Positions 52,208 to 64,000 of a stretch of DNA of 64,000 nt are shown here, piece after piece; the stretch's first letter is position 1, and each line of letters opens with the position of its first letter. The notes under the pieces are model-generated. The model was not told the origin of the DNA. It saw nothing but the letters and a program-made list of their open reading frames with translations, and made no database searches. The DNA comes from Antedon mediterranea (taxonomy: Eukaryota > Animalia > Echinodermata). The translations under genes were made by a program, and so were the position numbers. The stretch covers positions 18,476,001 to 18,540,000 of the forward strand of contig NC_092671.1 in the NCBI RefSeq assembly GCF_964355755.1. The letters run 5' to 3'.

Positions 52208-55200
52208 ATTTTTTTTTTCTCTTTTGTGGCGCAAACACCACTTTTATTCACATTCATATTATCTCATATTACATAAAATCGTATTATTTAACTTGTAAAT
52301 GTCGTTACAGTTCATAAGTAACATTTTTACATATACGAATTCTGTATTACTCCTTTTTTCATTAATTTTCTTATATTTTGTTATACACTTGACAGGATCA
52401 TCATTATCATCTATCCCGTTTTAAAATAGTTCACACATTTTCATTTGTTTGTTTTCATTTTACAACCCGGATTATACAATATATTTATATACATGATAAA
52501 AAAAAACAATAATAGCTCAGTACCACCAGTAACCCGTATCACTGTAATTCTTTTTCGGTTAATCGTATCAAATTAGAAATTATATTATCATAATCTTATT
52601 TCTTAAAGCTACCCATTTTTCTATACTTGTTTCTTTATTGTTATATGTTTCACATTCAATGTTATATAACATATTGCTTTTAAATGAATTCCATAAAGAT
52701 TTACCCACTGGCTTATTTAGTGCAGATAACATTTTTATTCTATAAATAGTAAATGCTGCAAAAGTGTAAATATAATCTATTAGCTTATCTCCCGTTCCTA
52801 GTATTAATTGTTTAAATGATATATTATTGTGATTTAAACTTACAAAGATACTAAGCATTTTCCTCCAATATTTCTGAATAAATCTACAACTAAAAAACAA
52901 ATGATTTTCATTTTCAATTTCTCCACATTTGTCACACGTTTGTGTTTCCTTAACTTTCCACTGATACAGCCGTTTGTTGGTAGGCAGTATTCTATTATAT
53001 ATTTATATTTTATATATATATATATTTTATATGTAACATCTTATAATTGAATTGTGCTAGTTTCTTATCTTTCATTTTACATACTTTCCGTAACCAAGAA
53101 GTTTTCCAATCAATGTTGTTATCATTGAAGTACTCTTCCCATTTTAGTTGTGACATTGGAATAATGAAATATTCTTTCACAAACCATGAGTATATTAGTT
53201 TGGTAGTATTAATCTCATACTTGGTCCCAACTAATTCATCATTATCATCACAATTGAAAATATCTACCTCCTTAATAATACGTTTCCATTGAATTGGTAT
53301 TGCCTTAATAATGCACAAATACTCATTTAACCAGTTTGTTTTACATTGTAGTTTCACCAGTATTTCGTTTGATGTTAAAAAAGTGTTCTTATTAACAATG
53401 TCTTTAATACTGATAATGCCACTGTCAATCCAATGCTTGTAGAAAAGCGATTTTTTTTTAGTTTAACGTAGTGGTTTCCCCACAGTTGCTCATTCATTAT
53501 ATCGTTATAAGTTTCAGGTTTTTTTTTAGAGATTCTGTTATAATTTATGTAGGCTTTTATCATATTTTTGTAAAACAGTGGAATTTTATCAGAATTAACA
53601 TCAATAATGTTATAACATGACATATTAAGTAAAACATTAACATCACATATTTTTTTAATATAATACATTGGAATATGTTTCCATTTAGCACCATCATCAT
53701 TCATAATTCTTTTTAACCAGCCACACATGAGTGCGTTAACATGAAGAGTAAAATCAGGCATTTTAATGCCTCCCATCTCAACATCACCAATTAGAGTTTT
53801 TCTTTTTATCTTTTCCCTTTTATTGTTCCAAATAAAATTATATATTAGATTTGTAACTTGTGTATATACATATTTTGGAACATCAGTGATATTTGCAGCA
53901 TATGTTAATTTAGATAGTGCAAGACTTTTCAGGATTATTATTCTACCAAAAATTGAGAGATTTCTAGCATTCCATTGTTTTAAAGTCTTTTCTAGCTCTA
54001 TTAATTTAACATCCCAGTTTTTTCTGGTACATTCTTCTGTATTATACCCTACATATATGCCTAAAATTTTGATCGGGTGTTTTACCCAATTTAATTCTAA
54101 AGGTCTATCTATTCTGTTCTTCCATTTACCAATCCAAAAAGCATTGGTTTTTTTTTTATTTAGTGTCATTCCAGATACTTCACAAAAACGTTCAATTACA
54201 CTGACTGCTGACTTAATACTTTTGTCATTACCAACATACAAAACCGTATCATCGGCTAATTGGCTTATTCTAGCTTCTATGTTATTTTCATTATTTGGAA
54301 GTTTAATACCCTTATAGTCATCTTTGTTTCTTATTCTAGATGCCATTACTTCAACCACTAAAATGAATAACAGAGCAGATAGAGGACAACCTTGTCTAAT
54401 ACCTCTTTCCATTTTAAAATTGTTTGAAACCCAACCATTGTTAACTGTGACACATTCAACGTTATTGTATAATACTTTTACCCAGTTACAAAAGAACATT
54501 CCAAAGTTAAACTTTTCTAGAATATTGAACATAAAATCTCTACTAATAGAGTCAAAAGCCTTCTTAAAATCTACGGTAATTATTGCCCCTTCGATATCAT
54601 TACACTCTGTATAATAAAGCAGGTCTTCTATTAACCGAATGTTTTCACCAGCGAAACGGCCTTTTATATAACCTTTTTGGTCTGAACTTACTATTGATTT
54701 AATAACCATTTTAAGTCTGTTACTTAATACATGTGCAAGAATTTTGTAATCGGTGTTTAAGAGGGTAATGGGACGCCAATTATTCAAATTTTCTCTTTCT
54801 CCATCCTTGAACAAAAGGGTGATTACACCTCGTTTTTGCGAAAAGGATAATTCTTGAGAATTATAACTTTCATTTAACGCATCGCAAATTAAATGTTTAA
54901 TATTATTCCAAAAGAACACATAAAATTCAACACTTAGACCATCCGATCCAGGTGTTTTATTTTTTTCCATCATTGAAATGGCCTTTTTACATTCATCAAT
55001 AGTGACGTAACCTTCACAATTTTCTTTTTCTATTTCTGAAAGCTTGTTTATAATAGAATTACAAAGGTATTTATTAATTTTTCCAGGGTTTATAACATTT
55101 TTTGCGTATAAACCTTCGAAATGTTGTATTTGTTCCTTTAAAATATCAATTGGGCTCGTTGCTAAGCTCCCATCTTTAGTAATTAAACTTTTTATGTGTT

Positions 55201-55445
55201 TCTTTTTACTTTTGGATCTTTCTAACCCAAGAAAGTATTTTGTATTCCGCTCGCCTTCCTCTATCCATTTTACTCTGGACCTAATTTGCGCGCCTTTTGC
55301 TTCTACATTATAAATGTTTTCAAGCTCTATTTTTTTGTTTTCAATTTTATTTTCAATGGTTATATCACAATTTTGAGTATTCATAATTGTTTCATTTAAG
55401 TTTTTTATTTGTTTTTGTAATTTTTCTTTCTTTTTATTCTGGTTA
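52208..55445 (-). mobile_element. 5'-truncated L1/Tx1 LINE (RT), antisense in intron 2 of gene B
   Basis: GAQIRSRVKWIEEGERNTKYF, NWRPITLLNTDYK, GIRQGCPLS, LADD; AATAAA and poly(A) on the minus strand; related to but distinct from the 29237 element. Confidence 0.92.
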
Positions 55446-55721
55446 CTAAACATATTTGGGTAGTAGTATATTATATTAATAACGTCCGTTCTCATTTTTA
55501 CAGCAGTCTAATTTATAATAGGTTGGTTAAAGAAAGGTAGAAAAAAGGGTATTTCGCTTCTTCTTGGTATGTTTATAACGAATTAAAATGTTAGATTATT
55601 ATTAGTTCTACTATTGTATAAACAGATTTATATCTGTAATAAGCCTAATTATATATTTATTTTGTACACCTAAAAAAATTCATTGAATGCGTGAAGACAA
55701 TAATAATGTATTTCTGCTTAG

Positions 55722-56099
55722 ATTGTATTGTTAATACTACGACCAACAGCACGTTTACAGAATTACCCGAAGAGATACCTACATTTGTAACAGTTGATAT
55801 ACCATCAAACATACCATTTGAGCTACGCTTGTCCGGGAACGAAACCACAGGGAATGACATTTTTATTACATACACGTCAACATATGTAAGTATTGGTTTA
55901 GCCGACATCGATGAGGAAATAATGTACGAAAGCTATGAATTATTGTCTTGGAGAAAAGTAACAATAAAAATTTCTAATACGGAAATATGGATCGGCGGAC
56001 GACATAACAACTTATACTTGAATTTTAAACTAAGAAGTCATCGCTACATGAGAAAGCTCTGGTGGTCTGCAGATTTAAACAATGATCAATGTAAAATAG
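55722..56099 (+). CDS. Gene B exon 3: second extracellular domain (126 aa, DCIV...QCKI)
   Basis: cttag acceptor; 378 nt, phase 1-1; donor G|gtaag; motifs shared with gene A exon 2 (DC start, NDIFIT vs DNIFIT, ISNT, QCxI end). Confidence 0.85.
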
Positions 56100-56654
56100 G
56101 TAAGAACAATTTGATGACTTGCTGTTGTATCGTTTGGATGGTGACACATTTTGCAAAGAAATTACTAATGTAGGCCTATTGGCAAGGCCAGCTCAGTGTC
56201 CTATTGTTAGATTGCCTTGATGTAACCAGGGAGTTGACAACTCCCTGATGTAACTATCAACTATTATTATCATTTTAATACTGCCTTAATTCTCGAACCA
56301 GAATGTAGTATATTACCATTGATAATTACAGGAACAAATGTTGTAATTAGTACAGGGTATGTTTATATCACTACGTAATATGCAATCTTATTTTGTTTGA
56401 TAATTATGACTACCTACACTCGCATTGCTTTACATTTTTGCTTAATATAATTAAATGTGTTGTTAGATTCAATGATGAATATAAATAGTCACTGAAAAAT
56501 ACCGAATTAATTTTTTAACAACTTTTTTAACATACGCGCTATCTAATTATGTTTAGATTGGCCTACATCGCATTGTTTAGATTAATTTGTATGGTGGAAA
56601 AGAAATTACTAATCTTATTACAATAACAATTTTAATATTTCTCCTATATAAAAG

Positions 56655-57362
56655 GTCACGTGGAGCAAGCATCTTCGGGTAGTCACGAAAAAATTCGCCC
56701 AGAAAACAGCACATATAATTATACTACAATGTACGATGTTAACAATGAAACAGAATTTGCAACACATTGCAAATGTAATTATACTGATTGTGGCACGGTT
56801 ACCTGCAATTCGGATGTCAACTGCAAGGTCATTTGTAACTGTATACCGGCAACAGAGCTGAAGTTCAAATGCAACTGCAGTTCCGGAAATTGTTTGTCAG
56901 TTTACGAACACTACGTAAATGGTGGCAGTGACAACAATAAAACAAGTACTGAATTTGTTGAACAAGGAAGCCTTACGGTATCGACATTGGAATACGATAA
57001 TACGGTATACGGAACAGGTAATGGTGAATTGGAGTATAATTCGACTACTGGGATACCATTGAATGCAACCTTTGGAAACAGTACGTTGGGACATAGTAAG
57101 ACATTGACAACTGAATCGTATAACGGAATAGGAAGCAGTGAGTTGAGTAATGAAATAGAAATTACTAAAACGGACATTACTGAAACGGGACGTAGTGGAA
57201 CGAAACATAGTGCAACTACTGGATCTGCAAATGATGGAAATGAGAATAGCCCTATCGAATCAGAAGCTAAAGAGGAAACACATGTATCAACAAATGATTA
57301 TATTGAGCTTAATTTCACACACACTGAAACCGACCGAATGTCAACCCAATCAGAGAAAGCAA
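56655..57362 (+). CDS. Gene B exon 4: 10-Cys knot and Ser/Thr/Glu-rich stalk
   Basis: aaag acceptor (weak); 708 nt, phase 1-1; donor A|gtacgt; TMY and NCxxxCNC...CNCxxxxC shared with gene A exon 3. Confidence 0.8.
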
Positions 57363-57686
57363 GTACGTTTGTACACATGCTACAGATAGTATAAGTTTAC
57401 ATTATCTCTCTATTAAGCGGGAATTAAATCTAGTCAACTGGAATTACTTGGTTGTATAGATAGTAGCTTTTATACAATAAGTCCATTTGACTAGATTTTT
57501 AGTCGCGTGCAACGCGACTCTACAGCTCAATATGTCGGTTGGTTGGTCGGTAAACACTAACTTGAGAACGCGACTAAAGCCATGTAATGGCCTTGTTTTT
57601 AAAACATAAGACTACCTGGATGAATGACAATATCCATACTTGATTCGCAGTTAGCCAATTGAGAGAATTAGACTAATGTACATTAA

Positions 57687-58116
57687 AGATGTATTGTCCC
57701 TTGAAACACAACAAAAGGTCAAAATATTCTAAATTTAAATTGGCCATATCAAAGTAATATTAAAGTTATTCACTTTAAGTCGAAAATTCGAGCCAAAAAC
57801 AACGTAATTAACAGGTAAATTATTGATTACATTTCGTCTGAAAAAAAAACGCGAGCGAAAGTAAACAATGATTTCAAACCACGAGTATGTTTTCACACAG
57901 ATCGCGAGGAAGTTTTATGATTATGCATACAGAGTAGCCAAAAAAGCGCTTTGCTTTATGAGATATGTTTTGATCGAAAACTTTGACTGGCAGTCAAAAA
58001 CATCTGTATTTCACTAATTTTTGGTGAAAGTTAATAGCTATTATGATACTTTAAAATGACCCACTTTTTTCGAAATATTAATTTTTTTTGGAAGTAGTCA
58101 AAGGGACAATACATAT
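57687..58116. mobile_element. TTAA-flanked Kolobok-type MITE
   Basis: TTAA|AGATGTATTGTCCCTT ... AAGGGACAATACATAT|TTAA. Confidence 0.82.
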
Positions 58117-58336
58117 TTAAGACTGAGAGAAAATGTTAATTGGCACATATTCCTTTTCCTAAAACATAATAATTATCGTTTAAAGGTTTACATGACGAAA
58201 TCAGTATGTTGATATCAAGTTTACTCTACACCACGTACGTACATTATTATGTGGTGTACTGCAAACCTTATATCAACATAATATTTATTATAATAATTAT
58301 CGACATATTTCTAAACATGTGTCTCTTTTCTTACAG

Positions 58337-58533
58337 GTAGTGATTTGAACATTCCACCGATGGTTATTTTACTAATTGCATTAATCGTTACTACAATGTT
58401 GGTTTTAGTAGTCGGTTGCTGTTGTATCATAGCGGGTTTTTTCAAACCACCCCAAAACAAGATAGCACAGGCGCCACCACCACCACCACCGATGCAGCCA
58501 CAACCACCAGACCGGTCAAACATACAGAAATAG
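58337..58533 (+). CDS. Gene B exon 5: TM helix and Pro-rich cytoplasmic tail, stop
   Basis: ttacag acceptor; SSDLNIPPMVILLIALIVTTMLVLVVGCCCIIAGFFKPPQNKIAQAPPPPPPMQPQPPDRSNIQK*. Confidence 0.85.
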
Positions 58534-58939
58534 AATTTCAGTAAACTGAAAAAATATTGATTACAAAAGAAACTTCACGTTTGCAGGACGATGTTACGCA
58601 TTATTATTATTATAAAATTTTAATCAAATAGAACTAAGCACCAAAATAATGTACGTTTTTGTTCATAACGTTTGTTGCGGAATAACATGCAATGTTACAT
58701 AACATTTAAAAATAACATACAATTTAATTAATAGCTAAGAAAATGTTTTTATAATTACAAAATACAAAAAAATAAAAATTGTTTTACATTTATTCATTAA
58801 ATATATCTTACACTATAAGCAATAAGTAACACGTTGTGTATTGGTAAAAAGTTTTCATAGCGTAAAGGAAATAAAGTGAAGTTGTGAATTCGACGTTTCG
58901 GTTGGTTTTGCTACAACCGAAATACATAATTATAAATTA

Positions 58940-58992
58940 AATACGATTATTTACAGTCATAATTAATAATTATGACTGTAAATAATCGTATT
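58940..58992. repeat. Perfect 26-bp-arm palindrome
   Basis: AATACGATTATTTACAGTCATAATTA-a-TAATTATGACTGTAAATAATCGTATT. Confidence 0.9.
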
Positions 58993-61756
58993 GTGTTTTG
59001 CTTATCTTACACGTGTGTAGGACAACATTCAAGCTTAAATAATTAAAATTTAGGCCAAATTATACCGAACATTTTAGCTTTTTTTGTGTGTGCTATCTTA
59101 TCTATGTTTTATAGATTGAAATATAGTATAATATAAATCGCTGATACAAATTGCATAGATATAACTTTTACCTTTGTGTATCTAAAAAAAACAGCATTTT
59201 AAAAATATTAAATATTGACTGAGTATAAAATCTGCTTTAAGGAATCCTTGTTAGATATTTTAGCAATAGGTCTACTTATTAACTTGTGTGTTTCTTAACG
59301 TTGTTGGTATTTTAAAAATATTATTCAATTCAATGTTTCCTAAATAATAATTATTACACAATTTCTATACATTTTCCACCTTTATTCGTTGTTTTAATTC
59401 ATTATTTAGCCATATCTGAATTTGTTCCAATTTATACTGTATTTATCTTGTTTATACATTTATATTTTTAATTCAATAAGTGTGCTTTAGGCCTATATAT
59501 ACTTTAAAGATGTATTGTACCTCCTTAATGTTTTTGTTGTTGAATATGCCATGTTAATGTCACATAATAGTTATCCACTTTTACCAAAAATTGGATCGAC
59601 AAAATATATATTTACCTGAAAAACCTGAAATTTAAAGCCAAAAAAAGGCAAATTGGCTGCCAGCCAATGTGTTTTTGGTTGAATTTACCCTTTTATTTTG
59701 TCATCTTTTATTATTATAACTTACTACATAATAACCTATTCAAAGTTTAATTAATGTTAATTGTTTATGTTTTGGGGGACAATTGTTCCATTTACCTGCA
59801 CACACACACACACACACATATGTAAACATACCAATTCATCAATATACATAATGTTCACATTTAGTATGTCTGCAGATATATTATAATATGAAAATTGTTG
59901 TTAGCTTAATATGTGCACTTTTGTTTTGTTTGACAATGCCGCCTCCCCCCCCCCCCCCCCCCAAGTAAAACATTGAATTCACTATTGGTTGGGAAAAGTA
60001 AAAATTGCTTGTTTTTAGTAAGTAAGACTTGAGTAAGTCACTAAGGCTCTATATTGCATGGTTACGCATTAATTGTTGAATAAATTATTTATCACACTTA
60101 GCAGTAAAATTCTAATATTCTATTGTTATTCACATTGAATGGACTATTATAATATAATGATAAAAGACATCTTGTTTTACCAAGTTATTGTTTCTGTTTT
60201 ATCCGTTCTTTGAAAGTTGAAACTTTCCATTGTCGCATTGCTTGTTTATAGCCTTATTATATTGTACCAGGGAAGAAGAGTACGAATACTATTGTGTTTT
60301 GCTCGCATCTGTGCAATTTAATTAACTTTTATTAGACTATAAAATCAATTAAATAGGGTTTTACCCATTGTATACCCTGTCAACGCGTTACATTAATATG
60401 TATTTCATTACAATCATGTCATATAACTTGAATATGAAATTCTGAGGCGCTTTATACAAAGTATCTGATACGTACGTGTGTAGTAATTATATTAAAGAAG
60501 ACTTTCTCCTAACGTCTTTTATTAGCTCCAATAGAACAAAACGAACATAATAACATGGCCATATAGGCCTACATGGCTGCAGTCGCGTGCTCAAGTTAGT
60601 GTTTACCGACCAACCGACCTGTATAGTCGCGTTGCACACCACTAAAAATAATGATGAACAAATATACTGTTATAATGAAATTAATTAACTAGACTATAAA
60701 CGAACTTTAAATGATAACAAAAATAATGTATGAGACATAATATATCCAAAAAATGTAAATGGGAAATGACAATAAAATGACCTGAAGCTAGGTTACTCCT
60801 TTCGTACCAACTACTGAACATAATTGCATATGATTTTCCTCTTAAATTATCTTCCATCTACATTTGCATGGCATGACAATCCTGCATCTACATGGAATAA
60901 AAGCTATGAATCATTTTAATTATAAAATTTGTTTTGCTCAACTCTGCATTCAGAGCTCTCTTCTCCAATGTCGGTTGAATATTTTGTCGAACACTGTTAT
61001 AGTAATAATTATTACAACCGTGGGTGAATTAGCTGGTATTGCTAAACCAGGCACTAATCATTCTAATCATCCAAAGAAAAACAAACAAAACAAGCAAACA
61101 AGGCTGGCCCAGTCATGTGTTTGAGTTAGTGTTTTACCGACCGACCAACCGACCGACATAGTGATAGTTTGATAGCGAATGTAAATCTTGATTACAACAA
61201 CTAAAGGCGTTAGATAGAAAATTCTTACCGTAAAACAAGAAAACAGTACTTTAAACTTCTTAATAAGAAGAACAAGGCCAACAGCCATTAAGTCGCGTGC
61301 TACAATGCATAGTGATACCGGACCGACAGACAGACCGACAGACAGACCGACAGACAGACCGACCGAACTATACTGACCGAAATTACTGAACATGTTTAAA
61401 AATGTTGAAATGTTTAAAAACATTTATATTTTTTTAATTTACACGTCACTTTTGACGTGCTCGTATAACGTAATTTCGAGTTGAAAAGTAAGTCAAGAAA
61501 ACAGAAATCGGGCAAAAAGAGAGCGTAATAACATTTAACGCGCAGTGCGCGCGCAAAAATATGCGCACTCATGGCAATTTTGTAAACGCTTAAAATTGCC
61601 TGAAACGTACTCTTATTTCATCGAAAATAAATTTTGAAAATTTTAAGCGCGCGTACGCATGCGTTACATTTGCTATGCACGTAATTGTATTGCCATATGA
61701 TGATTTATGCCCTGAAATTTATGAGATGATGATGTGATCATATTTTGACTTTTAAA

Positions 61757-63256
61757 TCTATCTATATATAATAATGCTTATTTCTGGAATAGGTAGACAC
61801 AATGTAAAACGCGTGTCACACCCCGGTGTCACCACCAACCGCGTGTCACCAACAACTCCGTGTCGGTTACTCACACTAGCTGCTCCATGTGTATATATAA
61901 TTATAGGTATATTCTACAATATTTTAGCAGGCCTTTACGATATTGTTCCATATTTCTTTCTTAGGAAGATATCATGAAGGGTTTTAAAACGAAATAATAT
62001 TATTATTTCATCGGTAGATTTTTAACCGTCGTGCGGTAAAGTTAGTTCCTGGTTCAGTGAGTCATCATTTGCGACTTCCTGGTATCAACTATCAACTTTA
62101 TCATATCTAGGTTATCCTCATTTGTACCCCTTAATATTCTTCGAACCCTTTACTGCTCCCTCATTCTTCCCTATTTGAGCTACTGTAACATTGTCTGGCC
62201 CAATACTTACGTATCCAACCTCAGTAAACTGCAAATTATACAAAAGAAGGCTATCAGGATTATATCTGGCGCTCCACCGCGGTCCCATTCTTCCCATTTA
62301 TTTTCCAAACTTAATCTCTTCAAACTCATTGATATAAACTTAATGCAACAAGGCAAATTTGTATTCTCTGCCCTGCATTCCACTTCTCCAAATCATTTAA
62401 ACAATATGTTTATTCCGAATTTTTTTATTCACAATTACCCTACACGTTCTAGAACTGATATACACATACCTATCCACAACACCAATTATTTTCAAAACAG
62501 TATTAGATACTCCGGTCCATCAATGATGAACAGTTTACCACCCCCAATTACAAATGCTGTTTCAATTTCTTTATTTCCAAAAAATTAAAACAACGCCTAA
62601 TGTCAAACTATTAAAAAGACAACGATCGAATGTCGCAATTTGATTTATGCTTCTGAACATTGATCTACTGTGGTTTTTGAGTTTTATTTTCTGATTCTAC
62701 AATTTGATTGATCTATTTTTTTTAATGTATTTATTAATTATTATTTTTTTTTTTTTTTTTTTTTTTTCCTTTTTTGTGCGTTTTTTTGTCTTGTTTGTTT
62801 TATTGAATTATCAATTTATTTGCATATGCATACCCAGCACAAGATTTCCTCATCTTCTCGGGATTATGCCTTCCTCCATAGCCAATTTTCTTAAATTCAC
62901 TTTTCTTTTGTATATCCAACAATCATCTATTTCATTTTTAATATACCTTACCATTTCTGTTTATTATTTTGTATTGTATTGCTATGGAGGAAATAAATGT
63001 CTTTTGAATTGAATTGAATTGAACTAAGTTGGCCGTTGGTGGCGGTACATCTAAGAAAGCCAAGGTGGAGATCTTTCTCAAAGTTGTTTTCATTGTGCTC
63101 GCCTATGTCAGAATTAAGCATAATGTTATATATATAGATGGTAACCGACCTCCGAAAACGTCCAGGCCAGAACGTCCTTTATTAATATTTAACATTCCGA
63201 GAACCATCATCTACACTTCCTAGAGCGGGAGCGAGCAAAGCGAGCACACCCTCTAG
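61757..63256 (+). mobile_element. Second-family Helitron carrying a nested LINE 3' fragment (~62090..63022)
   Basis: A|TCTATCTATATA start; CTAGAG..GCGAGCAAAGCGAGC..CTCTAG|T end; inner LSYCNIVW..QKKAIRII..HNYPTR fragment with a (TTGAA)n tail. Confidence 0.75.
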
Positions 63257-63399
63257 TTATTGATAAACACATTTCTTTTGGACGTAGCAGTTTTAATTAT
63301 TGTTCTACAAATAAAGATTTATTATCAATTATTTTTAACAATCAGTAGTAAAGATGTTGTGTAAATATAGTCTGGCCTAACGAACGAAAATATAATCAT

Positions 63400-64000
63400 A
63401 AACTAAACTATAGTAATGTACATATTCCAGGGTAGGGACTAGGTTTACTCCCTAAAAATGTCAACAAAGTGACTGTCATTTCCGGGAAAACTAGACTAGT
63501 GAGATGTGTCATGTTGTTATCCATTAAAAACATCAGAACGCTACAAGATGATTTTGTACTAGCAGCTGTTATTAAATCAGCAGATAATTTAAATATTGAT
63601 GTCCTTGCTCTACAAGAGGCTAGAAGACTAGGAAACGGTATTTTAGAATTTGAAGATGAGTCAATAAAAGGCTGGCAGCTTATATGGAGTGGATACAAGA
63701 GACGAAAAGAACATGGAGTTGCCATTATATGTGCACCACATGTGAAGAGCACTCAGAGCATTTACAAGCTAGGATAGCTTCTGTTAAAGTAAGCTTGAAA
63801 GTGATGAAACTGTCAATTCTGAATTGTTATGCACCCACTGAAACCAGTAAGGCGTCTGAGAAAACGATGTTCTACAAATCGCTTTCGAAAGCGAAACCAC
63901 TTCTAGACAAGACACCAAGGTTTAAAATCATCCCACTGGGTGATTTCAATTCAACCATATCATCAGAAAGTAAAGAGAGTGGAGTTTGGGATAGTATCCT
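63400..64000 (+). mobile_element. RTE-group LINE 5' end, APE endonuclease (runs off the window)
   Basis: NIRTL, DVLALQEAR, WSG...HGVAI, NCYAPT, LGDFN motifs. Confidence 0.85.

Overview
AT-rich, intron-containing animal genomic DNA (probably a marine invertebrate; this is inferred from its repeat families), mostly nested transposable elements. These include AcademX remnants and Academ-type TIR elements, Penelope-like elements with hammerhead ribozymes, a full-length L1/Tx1 LINE, Rex1/CR1/L2/RTE LINE pieces, Helitrons, Kolobok-type and Harbinger-type MITEs, and 5S- and tRNA-derived SINEs. Two complete spliced + strand genes, which the ORF track shows only as fragments, can be assembled by hand. 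Gene A is 9124..19268 (4 coding exons, 414 aa) and gene B is 47677..58533 (5 coding exons, 566 aa). They look like highly diverged tandem paralogues encoding type I membrane glycoproteins: signal peptide, one or two phase-1 exon-encoded ~120-aa beta-rich domains, a Cys-rich knot, a Ser/Thr stalk, a Cys-containing TM helix and a short tail. This candidate variable-receptor family is the main finding. Family assignments come from recalled motifs, not database searches.
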